Below, one piece after another: positions 37,050 to 47,800 of a stretch of 64,000 bases of DNA. The position numbers and the translations under genes were made by a program. The stretch lies in NCBI GenBank assembly GCA_964406735.1, contig CAYOSU010000003.1:24866-88865 (forward strand), written 5' to 3'. The notes beneath the pieces are model-generated. The model was not told the origin of the DNA, did no database searches, and worked only from the letters and a program-made list of their open reading frames with translations. The DNA is from an uncultured Clostridia bacterium (GTDB taxonomy: Bacteria; Bacillota; Clostridia; Christensenellales; CAMQZB01). Position 1 is the first letter of the stretch. The number at the start of each line of letters is the position of its first letter.

Positions 37050-38033
37050 ATGAATAATAACGAAAACAAAAACTTAGACATCGACAGCTTATTGGACGAC
37101 GTATTACTCAACGACAGCTCAACACCTACTGAATTCGAAGAAAACAGAATAAAATCTCCGAAAGAAGTAGCTCAAAAAGAGCTTTTTGAAGGCATGCCTA
37201 CTACCGTCGATCTCGACGTTATCGACCAAAATCTCGGCATTAAGCCTCGCAAGAAAAAGAGCAAAAAAGAACCCGTCGCACAACAAAATCCAAATATCGT
37301 TCAGGAAGCTCTCGATCTTAACGCTGCACCGAAAAACTATTATAAAATGGAAGAAACCGAGAGTAAAAACTATAAAAAAATGCTCTCAAAGCTCATTAAA
37401 TCATCTGACGTTGTTACGTCCGAGTTTGTTTCTAACGTTGCAGACGAAAGCGGACTTGTTGAAGAGGGCAAAGAAACTGGCACATCCGACGATAATTCTG
37501 AGCTTAAGTCCTCTATCGTTACTCAAAAAGAACAGCAAGCAACCAATAATACGATCTCAATGCGCAGTTATTCGCCTAAAACTGCTATTGATGACAGATC
37601 TGACTTCGTTTTTATTAATAAGGCATTGTTTGCGACACTTGGCGCTACAACACTTCTTGCGCTTATTGAAACCTTCGTTATGTACTTTGTAATTAACGCA
37701 ATAAACCCTATTCACAGAGTTTTCTATTATATTGCTGCACTTATTGCGATAATCCCGCTCGGAGTCGGAATATTTACATATGCACTCAACCCAAATAAAG
37801 TAGTCAACCGTAAATTCAATTACATATCTTACTTGTTAAATTCATTGATAATTACGGTCGTTCTGGCGGTTCTTTTGATCGTAATCGTACTTTTAACGTC
37901 CGTTTCGTTGACCGATCCCGTAGATTACGTACCAAAGGTGGTCCTCCCCGCCCTATTCATTCTCGACTATCCCATTAGCATTGGTTTTTACGCAATATTT
38001 ACGAAAACAAAGCTATTTCACGTCGGCGAATAA
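37050..38033 (+). CDS. hypothetical membrane protein (about 185-aa polar N-terminal region plus four predicted TM helices)
   Basis: 327-aa ORF with AAGGTGA SD, its own promoter and its own terminator. N-terminal low-complexity D/E/K/N/S-rich region, and a hydrophobic C-terminus (FATLGATTLLALIETFVMYFVI..., IAALIAIIPLGVGIF...). I recognise no family. Confidence 0.75.
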   Translation: MNNNENKNLDIDSLLDDVLLNDSSTPTEFEENRIKSPKEVAQKELFEGMPTTVDLDVIDQNLGIKPRKKKSKKEPVAQQNPNIVQEALDLNAAPKNYYKMEETESKNYKKMLSKLIKSSDVVTSEFVSNVADESGLVEEGKETGTSDDNSELKSSIVTQKEQQATNNTISMRSYSPKTAIDDRSDFVFINKALFATLGATTLLALIETFVMYFVINAINPIHRVFYYIAALIAIIPLGVGIFTYALNPNKVVNRKFNYISYLLNSLIITVVLAVLLIVIVLLTSVSLTDPVDYVPKVVLPALFILDYPISIGFYAIFTKTKLFHVGE

Positions 38034-38055
38034 TATTTTTCTTTTTATCAACACA

Positions 38056-38090
38056 AAAAGCGTTTGAGAAGTCTCAAACGCTTTTATTTT
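38056..38090. terminator. bidirectional rho-independent terminator (37050 gene / rnhA)
   Basis: AAAAGCGTTTGAGA-AG-TCTCAAACGCTTTT, followed by TATTTT on the plus side and TTTTT on the minus side. Confidence 0.8.
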
Positions 38091-38178
38091 AGGCCTATTC
38101 AGTCTATTCAACTATTTGCTCGTTTTGTTAATTATTACCAAAATTCGGTCAATTTTAGCTTGAAAAGTCAGCGATTTA

Positions 38179-38673
38179 TTATATCTCGTCGGATTCTTTT
38201 GAAACTACTACTGGCGTTGTCGGAAGACCGTAGACTTCAATAAGCTTTTTTATCTCGGTCGTTGCAAGCTTGTCGCAAAGGTTATTATATTCATTATCTG
38301 CATGTCCTTTAACCTTGACGAAATTGCATTTATGATCCGACATCTCCATCAAAAGCAACTTCCATAGGTCTGTATTTTTTACAGGGTCTTTGCTTGCATT
38401 CTTCCAGTTATTTTTTTGCCAATTTTCAAGCCATCCTTGATTTATTGCATTGACTACGTAAGCAGAGTCAGAGTATACCGTTACTTCACATGCCGTTTTT
38501 AAGGCCCTTAAACCCTGAATTACAGCAAATATCTCCATCCTGTTATTAGTAGTCGAATTGACTCCTCCGGAGATCTGCTTCTGATTTTTGCCGTAAATGA
38601 GTACACAACCCCAGCCGCCCGGACCGGGATTATAACTACATGCACCGTCGGTATATAGATCAACATGTTTCAT
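38179..38673 (-). CDS. rnhA: ribonuclease HI
   Basis: DEDD residues in their usual context: YTDGACSYNPGPGGWG, NNRMEIFAV, VYSDSAYV, KGHADNEYNNLCD. Confidence 0.9.
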   Translation of the reverse strand: MKHVDLYTDGACSYNPGPGGWGCVLIYGKNQKQISGGVNSTTNNRMEIFAVIQGLRALKTACEVTVYSDSAYVVNAINQGWLENWQKNNWKNASKDPVKNTDLWKLLLMEMSDHKCNFVKVKGHADNEYNNLCDKLATTEIKKLIEVYGLPTTPVVVSKESDEI

Positions 38674-38770
38674 TTTTATAAGTCCTTTTATCTATAATAC
38701 TTTATCTTTGATTTTAAGCAAATAAAATCTTAAAAATCGTAATAAAAACGAGATTTTGAGCCAAAATTAT

Positions 38771-38799
38771 TTGACTATATCGCTCATTTTTTCTATAAT
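38771..38799 (+). promoter_or_regulatory. sigma-A promoter for tRNA-Trp
   Basis: TTGACT-N17-TATAAT, 19 nt upstream of the tRNA 5' end. Confidence 0.7.
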
Positions 38800-38817
38800 A
38801 ATAGAGCTTGAATATTT

Positions 38818-38892
38818 AGGGGAGTGGCTCAACGGTAGAGTAGCGGTCTCCAAAACCGTAGGTTGCGTGTTCGAATCGCGTCTCCCCTGCCA
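38818..38892 (+). tRNA. tRNA-Trp (anticodon CCA)
   Basis: Acceptor AGGGGAG/CTCCCCT, anticodon stem GCGGT/ACCGT with loop CT-CCA-AA, T arm GCGTG-TTCGAAT-CGCGT, and an encoded GCCA end. Confidence 0.92.
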
Positions 38893-38923
38893 AAGCAGCG
38901 TCGTATATCGGCGCTGCTTTTTA
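38893..38923 (+). terminator. rho-independent terminator after tRNA-Trp
   Basis: Stem AGCAGCG..CGCTGCT extended by inner pairs, loop TATAT, then TTTTT. Confidence 0.75.
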
Positions 38924-38938
38924 TTGCTTTTTATAAGA

Positions 38939-38962
38939 AATGGGAGGAAATTTCCTCCCATT
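38939..38962 (-). terminator. perfect 24-nt palindrome downstream of rny
   Basis: AATGGGAGGAAA/TTTCCTCCCATT, 10 nt after the rny stop. The minus-strand reading is followed by TTCTTAT. Confidence 0.6.
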
Positions 38963-38972
38963 ATTCTTACTT

Positions 38973-40580
38973 TTACTTTGCGATCTCGGTGCTTCTGAAT
39001 TCTCTTATGCAGTTGACCTTGATCTGTCCCGGATATTCGAGCTCTTCCTCTATCTTCTTTGCAATATCCTTTGCGAGCAAGACGGTCGTTTCGTCGTTAA
39101 CGTTTTCGGGCTTGACCATTACTCTTATCTCTCTTCCTGCGGAAATAGCGAATGATTTTTCTACACCCTTGAAACCGTTAGCGATCTCTTCGAGTTTTTC
39201 AAGACGTTTGACGTAATTATCAAGCGTTTCGCGTCTCGCACCCGGTCTTGCACCCGAAATTCCGTCTGCAGCCTGTACTAAAACAGCCTCTAACGATTCA
39301 GGTTCAACGTCGCCGTGGTGTGCCATAATAGCGTTTACCACGAGCTTGCTCTCTTTATATTTCTTCGCAAGGTCTGCGCCTATTTGAATGTGCGTTCCTT
39401 CCATCTCGTAATCGACTGCTTTACCGATATCGTGAAGAAGTCCTGCACGCTTAGCGAGCGTAACGTCACAACCAAGTTCTCCTGCCATAACGCCTGCTAA
39501 ATATGATACTTCAAGAGAGTGCTTTAAGACGTTCTGTCCGTAGCTCGTTCTAAATTTGAGCTTACCCAAAAGCTTTACAAGCTCGGGGTGTATTCCGAAT
39601 ACGCCTGCATCAAATACAGCGTTTTCGCCTGCTTCTTTAATTGACTGCTCGACCTCTTTCTTGACCTTAGCAACGACTTCCTCGATACGAGCGGGATGTA
39701 TCCTTCCGTCCGAAATAAGCCTTTCAAGCGATTGACGTGCAATTTCACGTCTTACGGGGTCAAAACCCGACAAAATAACGACTTCGGGCGTATCGTCGAT
39801 AACTAAGTCAATTCCGGTTGCATTCTCTAATGCGCGGATATTTCTGCCCTCTCTACCGATTATCCTACCTTTGAGTTCATCACTTGGAAGCGGAACTGCG
39901 GATACTGTTATATCGGAAGAATGGTCGGTAGCACACTTTTGAATTGCAAGAGTAACAATGTTCTTGGCTTTTTTATCTGCTTCGTCCTTTGCCTCTCTTT
40001 CAATATCTCTTACGTACTTGACGGCATCCTTTCTTGCGGCTTCCTCGATCTCTTTGATAAGGAGCTGTTTTGCCTCTTCTTTAGGCATTCCTGCGACCTT
40101 TTCAAGCTCTTCGACTATTCTGTCATGAGCGGTATCGAGTTTAGCACGGAGCTTGTCGGCCTCCTCGTGCTTTGCTTGAAGAGCTTTCTTTTCGTCATTC
40201 AAAGCATCTTGTTTTGCGTCGAGAGCAGCTTCCTTTTTCTCAAGAGATTCTTCTCTTTGAGTAAGTCTCTGTTCGTTCTTTTGGATCTCCTGTCTTCTAA
40301 GCTTGGATTCGTGCTCGAATTCGTTGCGCAGTTTAAGATCCTCTTCTTTTGCTTCTAAAATAGCTTCTTTTTTGAGGTTTTTAGCTTCAACCGTAGCTTC
40401 ACTTATAATTCTTTCAGCTTCGCTTTGGGCTTTATTAACATTCTTTTTTGCAATGTGCTGTTCGATTGCATAATGTATTCCAAAACCGATTGCGATAAGA
40501 GCAATCGCCGAAACGAGGTAAATAATTATAGTAACAACGGAGCCTAAACCTTGAAGCATGCCTGATTCCAAAATAAGCAT
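38973..40580 (-). CDS. rny: ribonuclease Y
   Basis: N-terminal TM helix, coiled-coil, KH domain ([17 protein letters not shown]), and HD domain (LLHDIGKA). Confidence 0.95.
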   Translation of the reverse strand: MLILESGMLQGLGSVVTIIIYLVSAIALIAIGFGIHYAIEQHIAKKNVNKAQSEAERIISEATVEAKNLKKEAILEAKEEDLKLRNEFEHESKLRRQEIQKNEQRLTQREESLEKKEAALDAKQDALNDEKKALQAKHEEADKLRAKLDTAHDRIVEELEKVAGMPKEEAKQLLIKEIEEAARKDAVKYVRDIEREAKDEADKKAKNIVTLAIQKCATDHSSDITVSAVPLPSDELKGRIIGREGRNIRALENATGIDLVIDDTPEVVILSGFDPVRREIARQSLERLISDGRIHPARIEEVVAKVKKEVEQSIKEAGENAVFDAGVFGIHPELVKLLGKLKFRTSYGQNVLKHSLEVSYLAGVMAGELGCDVTLAKRAGLLHDIGKAVDYEMEGTHIQIGADLAKKYKESKLVVNAIMAHHGDVEPESLEAVLVQAADGISGARPGARRETLDNYVKRLEKLEEIANGFKGVEKSFAISAGREIRVMVKPENVNDETTVLLAKDIAKKIEEELEYPGQIKVNCIREFRSTEIAK

Positions 40581-40658
40581 ACTGTTCTAAGTCCTCCAGA
40601 TAGTTTAATTATGAATAAAATCATCGGACAAAATCCGCCAATATACATAACTAATATA

Positions 40659-40687
40659 AGTTTAAGCTATTTTCTCTGTCTTGTCAA
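40659..40687 (-). promoter_or_regulatory. sigma-A-type promoter for rny
   Basis: The minus strand reads TTGACA-N17-TAAACT, giving a 5' UTR of about 70 nt. Confidence 0.55.
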
Positions 40688-40697
40688 ATAAATAGAA

Positions 40698-40735
40698 TAA
40701 AAAGTACCGTCAAATAGCCTTGACGGTACTCAATT
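40698..40735 (-). terminator. rho-independent terminator after recA
   Basis: AGTACCGTCAA-N6-TTGACGGTACT with flanking A/T runs on both sides. Confidence 0.75.
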
Positions 40736-40761
40736 TTTTTCTTATTGCGTCGAAATCGATA

Positions 40762-41751
40762 TTATTTATTGAAAAGAACTGCTCTCATCTTTGCATCGAC
40801 TTCATTATAAAGCTCTTTGTTGGATTTAAGAAGCTGGCGCATAGTCTCTCTGCCCTGACCGAGCCTCTCACCGTTATAAGAGAACCAAGAACCACTCTTT
40901 TCGATTACACCTGCTTCTACAGCCATATCAAGTAAGCAACTTTCCGCAGAGATACCTTCACCATAGATGATGTCAAACTCTGCTGTCTTGAACGGAGGTG
41001 CAACTTTGTTCTTGACTATCTTGCACTTAGTCCTGTTTCCGTTGATATCAGAACCGTCTTTTATTGCCTCGCCCTTTCTTATATCCATTCTGACGCTTGC
41101 ATAGAATTTCAACGCCTTGCCGCCGGGGGTAGTTTCGGGATTTCCGTAAATAACGCCTACTTTTTCACGAAGCTGATTGATAAAGATAACGCAAGTTTTG
41201 CTCTTATTGGTGATACCTGCAAGTTTTCTGAGCGCCTGAGACATCAAACGAGCTTGAAGTCCGACGTGAGTATCTCCCATATCACCCTCGATCTCAGCTT
41301 TCGGAGTCAACGCAGCAACGGAGTCAACGACTATGACGTCAAGTGCCGAGCTTCTTACCAATGCGTCGCAGATCTCAAGACCTTGTTCACCGGTATCAGG
41401 CTGTGCAACGTATAATTCTTCAAGGTCTACACCGAGATTTTTCGCATATACGGGATCTAACGCATGTTCTGCGTCGATGAATGCGCATGCTCCACCGCTC
41501 TTTTGTGCTTCAGCAATGATATGTAGCGCAACTGTCGTTTTACCTGAAGATTCAGGTCCGTAGATCTCTATAATTCTTCCTCTCGGAACACCGCCTACGC
41601 CGAGCGCTTTGTCGATAGCAAGACAGCCCGTGGAAATCGTCTCGATCTCCATATCAGCGTTGTCTCCAAGCTTCATGATAGAGCCTTTTCCGTATTGTTT
41701 CTCGATCGAAAGAAGTATCGCGTCTAACTGTTTTTTCTTGTTTTCATCCAT
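40762..41751 (-). CDS. recA: recombinase RecA
   Basis: Walker [20 protein letters not shown]2 region. 329 aa. Confidence 0.98.
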   Translation of the reverse strand: MDENKKKQLDAILLSIEKQYGKGSIMKLGDNADMEIETISTGCLAIDKALGVGGVPRGRIIEIYGPESSGKTTVALHIIAEAQKSGGACAFIDAEHALDPVYAKNLGVDLEELYVAQPDTGEQGLEICDALVRSSALDVIVVDSVAALTPKAEIEGDMGDTHVGLQARLMSQALRKLAGITNKSKTCVIFINQLREKVGVIYGNPETTPGGKALKFYASVRMDIRKGEAIKDGSDINGNRTKCKIVKNKVAPPFKTAEFDIIYGEGISAESCLLDMAVEAGVIEKSGSWFSYNGERLGQGRETMRQLLKSNKELYNEVDAKMRAVLFNK

Positions 41752-41779
41752 AATATATTTCTCCTATTATTTTTCAAGA

Positions 41780-43009
41780 TCAGATCTCGTTATACTTTAA
41801 GTAATTTACGAGATAGAATAAGCTTTGCTTAGCTACTGCTTCTCTGACGTAATTCCTATCGCCGACGAATTTATGCTTAAAAACGTCAACTTTGCCTTTT
41901 TCACCTATTGCTATGTAGCAATCGCCTACGTCTGCGTTACCTTTTTCAGCAGTTGGACCTGCGTTACCCGTTGTAGCTATAACGAGCTCGTTAAGCGGAT
42001 TTTGCAAAAGTCCATCGCACATCGAGCGAGCAACTTGCTCGGATACCGCACCGTAATTTTCCAGGTCGTCAGGAGATACGTCTACCCTGAATACCTTTGA
42101 ATTATTAGAATAAGTTACTAAGCCCTCGTTGAAATACTCGCTCATCCCGGGAATCGCAATCAACTTGCTGGCGATAAGCCCACCGGTCAACGATTCAACA
42201 GTAGATACTTTTTTCTTTCTAATTTGAAGCAACTTGAACGCTGTTTGTTCAAGCTCTTCATTTTCAAACGAGTATATGCTTCTGCCAAACTTTTCACTTA
42301 TCTTAATTACTGTATTGTTTATAAGTGAAATATCGGCGTCATCAGCTCTTAAAACGAGTGTTACTTCGTTGTTTGATGCGTACGTCGTGATGTAAATTCC
42401 CTCGTCTTCAAGATATTTTAAATCCTTTATCGCATCCTCGACTAAAAGCTCTCGTATTCCAAAGATCTTGAAGTATCTTGTTGTGATAGCACCGCTTTTA
42501 GAGGCGATATACGGCAAGAAATCCGCTTCAAACATCGGTTTAAGCTCTGTCGGAGGTCCCGGGAATACTGCAACGTCGCATTTCCCGTATTTAACTACAA
42601 ATCCGCATGCAACGCCGGTATAGTTTTTTAATACCAAAGAGCTTTCGGGAAGATAGTCAAAGCCGTGCAAGACGTCGCTCATCTCAACGTTTTTTCTTGC
42701 GTAATAATCGGTGGTTATCTTCTCTTGAATCTCGTTCCTGATAAGGCTAAGTCCGCAAAATTTTGCAACCGTAGATTTCGTAATATCATCCGCGGTAAGA
42801 CCTAAGCCTCCTGTCGTTATTACAAGATCAGATATTGACGTTAAGCGAGTGAGGCTTTCTACGATGTCTTTCTCGTAGTCACCTACGACCTCGTGTCGAA
42901 CGCATCTATGTCCCAAAACGTTGAGCTGTTTGGAAATATATTGAGCGTTCGTATTTGCGATCTTGCCGATCAACAGCTCGTCGCCGATGCTTAATATCGA
43001 ATAATTCAT
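41780..43009 (-). CDS. cinA: competence/damage-inducible protein CinA (NMN amidohydrolase PncC domain)
   Basis: 409 aa. MoCF-biosynthesis-like N-domain plus a CinA C-domain. The order pgsA-cinA-recA matches Bacillus. Confidence 0.9.
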   Translation of the reverse strand: MNYSILSIGDELLIGKIANTNAQYISKQLNVLGHRCVRHEVVGDYEKDIVESLTRLTSISDLVITTGGLGLTADDITKSTVAKFCGLSLIRNEIQEKITTDYYARKNVEMSDVLHGFDYLPESSLVLKNYTGVACGFVVKYGKCDVAVFPGPPTELKPMFEADFLPYIASKSGAITTRYFKIFGIRELLVEDAIKDLKYLEDEGIYITTYASNNEVTLVLRADDADISLINNTVIKISEKFGRSIYSFENEELEQTAFKLLQIRKKKVSTVESLTGGLIASKLIAIPGMSEYFNEGLVTYSNNSKVFRVDVSPDDLENYGAVSEQVARSMCDGLLQNPLNELVIATTGNAGPTAEKGNADVGDCYIAIGEKGKVDVFKHKFVGDRNYVREAVAKQSLFYLVNYLKYNEI

Positions 43010-43015
43010 ACGCTT

Positions 43016-43579
43016 TTATTCCTTAAACAACGATTTATTTTTAACGACGTAAGAAACGCCCGAAATAACTGATACAACGCCTGCGATAAGCAATATTGCA
43101 AGTCCAACGTACACGATCAACGGTAAATCAAAGTAATACGAAATAAGAAGTATCGGAAGAGATATATCCTGCGTTACGGTCTTTATTTTGCCGAGTTTAT
43201 CAGCGGCGATAACAACGCCTTTATTTGCTCCGACAAGTCTAAGTCCCGAAACAACGAGTTCTCTTATCAACATAACGATGAGCGTTATCGGTGCAATATA
43301 AGAACATACGCCTTCGCCGATACCGAGATCAACGATAAGGATCAACGCAACGAGAACCAAAGCTTTATCGGCAAGTGGGTCCATAAATTTGCCAAAATCT
43401 GTAACGAGATCGTATTTTCTCGCAAGATACCCATCGAAAAAGTCTGTTATCGCAGCAATCAAAAATACTATCGTTGATAATATGTAGCATATTGGAAAGC
43501 TTTGTCCAAGATAGAACAAAACCACCATAATGGGAACAAGTATCATCCTAAGTATCGTTAGTTTATTCGGCAGATTCAT
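43016..43579 (-). CDS. pgsA: CDP-diacylglycerol-glycerol-3-phosphate 3-phosphatidyltransferase
   Basis: CDP-alcohol phosphotransferase motif DFFDGYLARKYDLVTDFGKFMDPLADK. Confidence 0.9.
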   Translation of the reverse strand: MNLPNKLTILRMILVPIMVVLFYLGQSFPICYILSTIVFLIAAITDFFDGYLARKYDLVTDFGKFMDPLADKALVLVALILIVDLGIGEGVCSYIAPITLIVMLIRELVVSGLRLVGANKGVVIAADKLGKIKTVTQDISLPILLISYYFDLPLIVYVGLAILLIAGVVSVISGVSYVVKNKSLFKE

Positions 43580-44895
43580 TTCCTTACCCCCACGAGATCG
43601 TCGTTTTCTACACCTTCAATATAAACGTTGACCGTTTCACCGAAATTTACAGGCTCGTCGCTTGTGAAATATACAAGGCTGTCTATTTCCGGAGCTGAAA
43701 TATAGCTTCTTCCTATGAACCGTCCGTTGTCGTAATCAATGTCCTCGTATACGACAGGTAATGTCTTTCCGACAAGTTTAAGCTTTTCACCATACGACAC
43801 CTTTGCCAATACATTAAGGAGCTTTTTATAGCGAGCTTTTTTGACCTTTTCGGGTATCTTATTCGGCAATTTGTTGGACGGAGCATCCTCTTCGTCGGAA
43901 TATATGAATGCGCCACAGTTTATCGGTTTTACCTCTTCAATAAAGTTAACAAGCGTTGCAAAATCCTCTTCCGTTTCGCCCGGGAAGCCAACCATAACGG
44001 TAGACCTTATTGCTATTTCGGGAATCTCGGCTTTGAGTTTATTGAAAAGCGTTACGTATTCGTCATACGTTCCAAGCCTGCACATTCTCTTCAATACGGG
44101 ATCTGAAGCGTGTTGCAAAGGAATGTCTATGTATTTGACAACTCTATCATTGTTTTTAATCACGGAAATAAGCTCGTCTGTTACCTTTTCAGGGTAGCAA
44201 TACAAAAGCCTTATCCTCTCAACGCCCTCTATCTCCGATATTTTCTCAATAAGCTCAGGTAATACCAATTTGCCGTAAAGGTCGATACCGTATGAAGTAA
44301 CGTCCTGTGCTACTAAAATGATCTCTTTTACGTCCTCAGCGGCAAGCATGGATGCCTCTTCAATGAGCTTATCCATAGGCTTTGAGGTGTATTTGCCTCT
44401 TATTTGCGGAATCGTGCAATAAGTACAGTGATTGTTGCAGCCGTCAGCTATCATAAGATATGCATAATCAAACGGAGTAGTAAGATATCTTTGATATGAC
44501 GACACTTTATCGCAAGTATTGACTGCATTTATTCTTTCGCTCTCTGCAAACAACTTGTCGATAACGTCGCAAATGAGCGGATAGTCCTTTACGCCCAAGA
44601 AAGCATCTACTTCGGGAAGATCTTCAAATATATCGTTGACGTACTTTTGAGAAAGGCAGCCAGTTACGATCAACTTTTGAAGCTTGCCTGTATTTTTAAG
44701 CTGCGCTATCTCTAAAATCGTGTTGATCGATTCCTCTCGAGCGCTTTCGATGAACGCACAAGTATTGATTATTATAACGTCCGCTTCGTTTTCATCGTTA
44801 GTTAGTTCGTGATCACCCTTGACGAGATATGAAAGCATTACCTCGGAGTCGCATCTGTTTTTATCACAGCCAAGGGAAATAAGTCCTATTTTCAT
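43576..44895 (-). CDS. rimO: ribosomal protein S12 methylthiotransferase RimO
   Basis: UPF0004 domain (LGCDKN), radical-SAM CNNHCTYC, and a TRAM C-terminus. Confidence 0.88.
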   Translation of the reverse strand: MKIGLISLGCDKNRCDSEVMLSYLVKGDHELTNDENEADVIIINTCAFIESAREESINTILEIAQLKNTGKLQKLIVTGCLSQKYVNDIFEDLPEVDAFLGVKDYPLICDVIDKLFAESERINAVNTCDKVSSYQRYLTTPFDYAYLMIADGCNNHCTYCTIPQIRGKYTSKPMDKLIEEASMLAAEDVKEIILVAQDVTSYGIDLYGKLVLPELIEKISEIEGVERIRLLYCYPEKVTDELISVIKNNDRVVKYIDIPLQHASDPVLKRMCRLGTYDEYVTLFNKLKAEIPEIAIRSTVMVGFPGETEEDFATLVNFIEEVKPINCGAFIYSDEEDAPSNKLPNKIPEKVKKARYKKLLNVLAKVSYGEKLKLVGKTLPVVYEDIDYDNGRFIGRSYISAPEIDSLVYFTSDEPVNFGETVNVYIEGVENDDLVGVRK

Positions 44896-47800
44896 TAAAA
44901 TTCTTCTCCAAATTCTTTTTCGAACTGTTCAGGTGTAATATAGACCTCGCGAGGCTTAGAACCGTTAAATGACGAGATATAGCCGAGTTTTTCCATTGCG
45001 TCAATATATCTGCCTGCTCTTGCATAGCCGATAGACTTAGACCTTTGTACCATGGAAACGGATATCTGTTTTTTCTCAATAGCCATTCTCACGAAATCCT
45101 TAAGATATTCGTCTTGTCTCGGATCGATATTAGTACTGCCGCCGTCGTTATCAAAATCATCATCTGGCTGATTCTTTGGCGCATTAATAGCTTTTGCCGC
45201 TTCTTCGTCAAATTCAGCGGGGTTGTTAGCAATTATGTAGTTTACGATATTGACGACCTCTTCAGTCTCTACCAAACAGCCCTGGACACGAACTTTGTCG
45301 GGGAAATCAAGCGGTTTATAGAACATATCGCCGTAGCCCAAAAGTCTTTCTGCGCCGGTCTCGTCAAGAATGGTCTTACTATCGATGCCGTTAGCGACTT
45401 TTAACGCTATTCTGGACGGCAAGTTTGCCTTGATAACACCCGTGATTACGTCTACGGACGGTCTTTGCGTTGCAAGAACGAGATGGATGCCGGCAGCTCT
45501 CGCCTTAGCCGCAAGGCGCTTGATCCTGTCTTCCAGCTCACGCTTGTTGTCACTCATCAGGTCTGCAACCTCGTCGACAATAATAACTATTCTCGGAAGC
45601 TTCTTCTGGACGGTAAGGTCGAGCGTTTCGTTATAAGAATCAAGGTCTCTTGCACGAGAGTTCTGGAAAAGCGTAAAACGTCTTTCCATCTCTGCAATCG
45701 CCCAATCGAGAGCGGATATTGCCTTGGCAGAGTCGTTTATAAGTTCATTTATAAGAAGATGTGGAAGACCTGCGTAGATGTTAAACTCAACGCGCTTAGG
45801 GTCAACCAAAATTATTCTTACGTCCTCAGGGGAAGAATGATAAAGTATGCTTATCAAAATACTGTTCAAGCAAACGCTCTTACCAGTTCCTGTCGATCCC
45901 GCAACGAGAAGGTGGGGCATCTTTTTGATATCGCAATACATCATCTTGCCTGCAACGTCTTTACCGAGAGCAAATACTACGCTCGATTTGTGGTTAGTGA
46001 ATATCTCCGACTCAACGAGGTCACGCATCATAACTTTAGTGCGCTTTCTGTTAGGGACTTCGACGCCGAAACGGTTTTTACCCGGGATAGGTGCTTGAAT
46101 AATTACTTCTGACGGAGATTCAAGTCCCATCGTAATGTCTTTTGAGTACTGCTCGACCTTCTTTACGGATGTGCCTTCCTCTATTTCAAGTTCGTATCTC
46201 GTAACTACAGGACCGACAACGGTATCAACGACCCTTGCGCCTATGTCGAAGCTTGCAAGTATCTTTTCGAGCTTTCTCGACTTTTCCTCGATCTCAGCCG
46301 AGTTATCGTCTGAAACGAGCGGAGATGACGCCAAAAACTCGATAGGAGGACGTTTATACGGCGTTCTTACTATCTTATTCTGCGTTTGAGGCTCAGGTTG
46401 CGTGTTGTTTGGCTTTGGCTGTTCGGCTTTCGCGATAATAGGAAGCTGTGACGCCGTTGTACCCGTTGTGGTTTTTACTATTTTGGGCTCTTTTATCTGA
46501 TAAAAGTTTGCGCCTGCCGTCGTCTTATTTTCAGGCTCTTCGTAAGTGTCTGTCAAGGCTTCGTTTGCTGTCGTATCGGACATAACAAAGTCTTTAAGCT
46601 CTCTTTCTTCGTGAATATCAGCAGTCAAGAAATCGGGCGTTTTGCGCTCAATTTCTTCATGTTCGTCGCTAAAAATTATCTTAGCATCCTCTCTGTCCAT
46701 ATCGTCATCGAGGTTGATATCCTGAAGTATTCCGTCGAGATCGTTGGAATCGGTGTTATGTAAAGGGATTATCTCGGATCTATTGCCGTTATCACTTACG
46801 TCTTTAAGCATATCAAGAAGATCAAACGAGCCCTTCGTCTCTTCTTTTTTCTTCGTTCCGCCGACCTGCTCGATCGAGCTAAGTATCTTGATTTTAGACG
46901 GGTCTTTCGGCATGGTCTTATTATAGTCGTAATCCTGAATTGCCGAAATATCTATCTCTGCGGCGTGGATCTTGCCGGACGACAATAGCTCCTTAAATTC
47001 CTTAGTATTGTTCTCGTAATCTTCTTTGGTATAATGAGGAGTCTCTTTAGGTGTCGTTATCGAGAACTTCTCGTCGGTATTCTCTTTCGCTTCTTCCTTT
47101 TTCTCCTCTCCGTCCTCTTTCTTGACGTCTGCCAAAGTGAATATCTTAGGCATAGTCTTAGGCTTGATGATCCTGAATCCGTCGTCGGAGTTATCTACAG
47201 GCTTTTGAGGCTCTTTCTTCGGTTCTTCTTTTATCTCATTTCTTGAAACAGAAGAGTATTCGTCATTATCGTCATAGCTTCTGTACGATCTTTCGACGGG
47301 CTTTTCATCCTCAAACGACCTTAAACGCTTAGTTCTGAAATCGTCGGACGACGAGCCGATCATATTGCTCGGAATATCGTCGTTAGAAGGCTTATTAATG
47401 AGGTCAATGCGCCTATCGGAGTAATCGTTTGATGAAATAGACCTTTCTTGTCTTCCGAAATTCCTATCGAAAACGTCATCTAACGACTCGTTCGTGACCC
47501 TCTTTTCCTCTATGCGGTTTCTCGAAAGGTCTTTAGGTCTGTTGTAATTATTTACTTCGAAACCGCCGTCGTTTTCGTCCTGAGAGGGATAAAGAATGTC
47601 CTTTGCTTTTCTTTGCTTGTCCTCTTTCACCTCACGCCTCGACTTTTCTTTGAGGTGATTGTCCTTCGATGCATTGAAAATAAACAGTCTGTTGTTGTTC
47701 TGCGGCTGTCTGTCGTCAAAAATACTCTGAGTTGGAGCATTAAAGCCCTGATTATTAAAATTCTGTTCCTGCTCGGGACGAGAATATTGTTGGTTGTTTA

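Noticed and set aside
37186-37692. A 168-aa ORF in an alternative frame inside the 37050-38033 gene.
   Set aside because: It is on the same strand and overlaps the gene. Its product is lysine/leucine/serine-rich, typical of an out-of-frame reading of A-rich coding DNA. It has no SD, while the 327-aa frame has a promoter, an SD, TM helices and a terminator.
35257-38892. Integrase-family gene, AT-rich DNA, orphan gene, rnhA and tRNA-Trp. I considered a tRNA-targeted genomic island or prophage remnant.
   Set aside because: I saw no repeat of the tRNA-Trp 3' end elsewhere in the window. The recombinase is 2.5 kb from the tRNA 5' side, not abutting its 3' end. It appears co-transcribed with hflX (9-nt gap), and there are no phage or conjugation genes. 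I treated it as a chromosomal Xer-like gene, with low certainty.
38756-39216. Four track ORFs (38756-38998, 38767-38961, 38863-39216, 38940-39155) around 38.8-39.2 kb.
   Set aside because: They run through tRNA-Trp, its promoter and two terminator hairpins, or lie antisense to the rny 3' end. The tRNA and the terminators explain the sequence.
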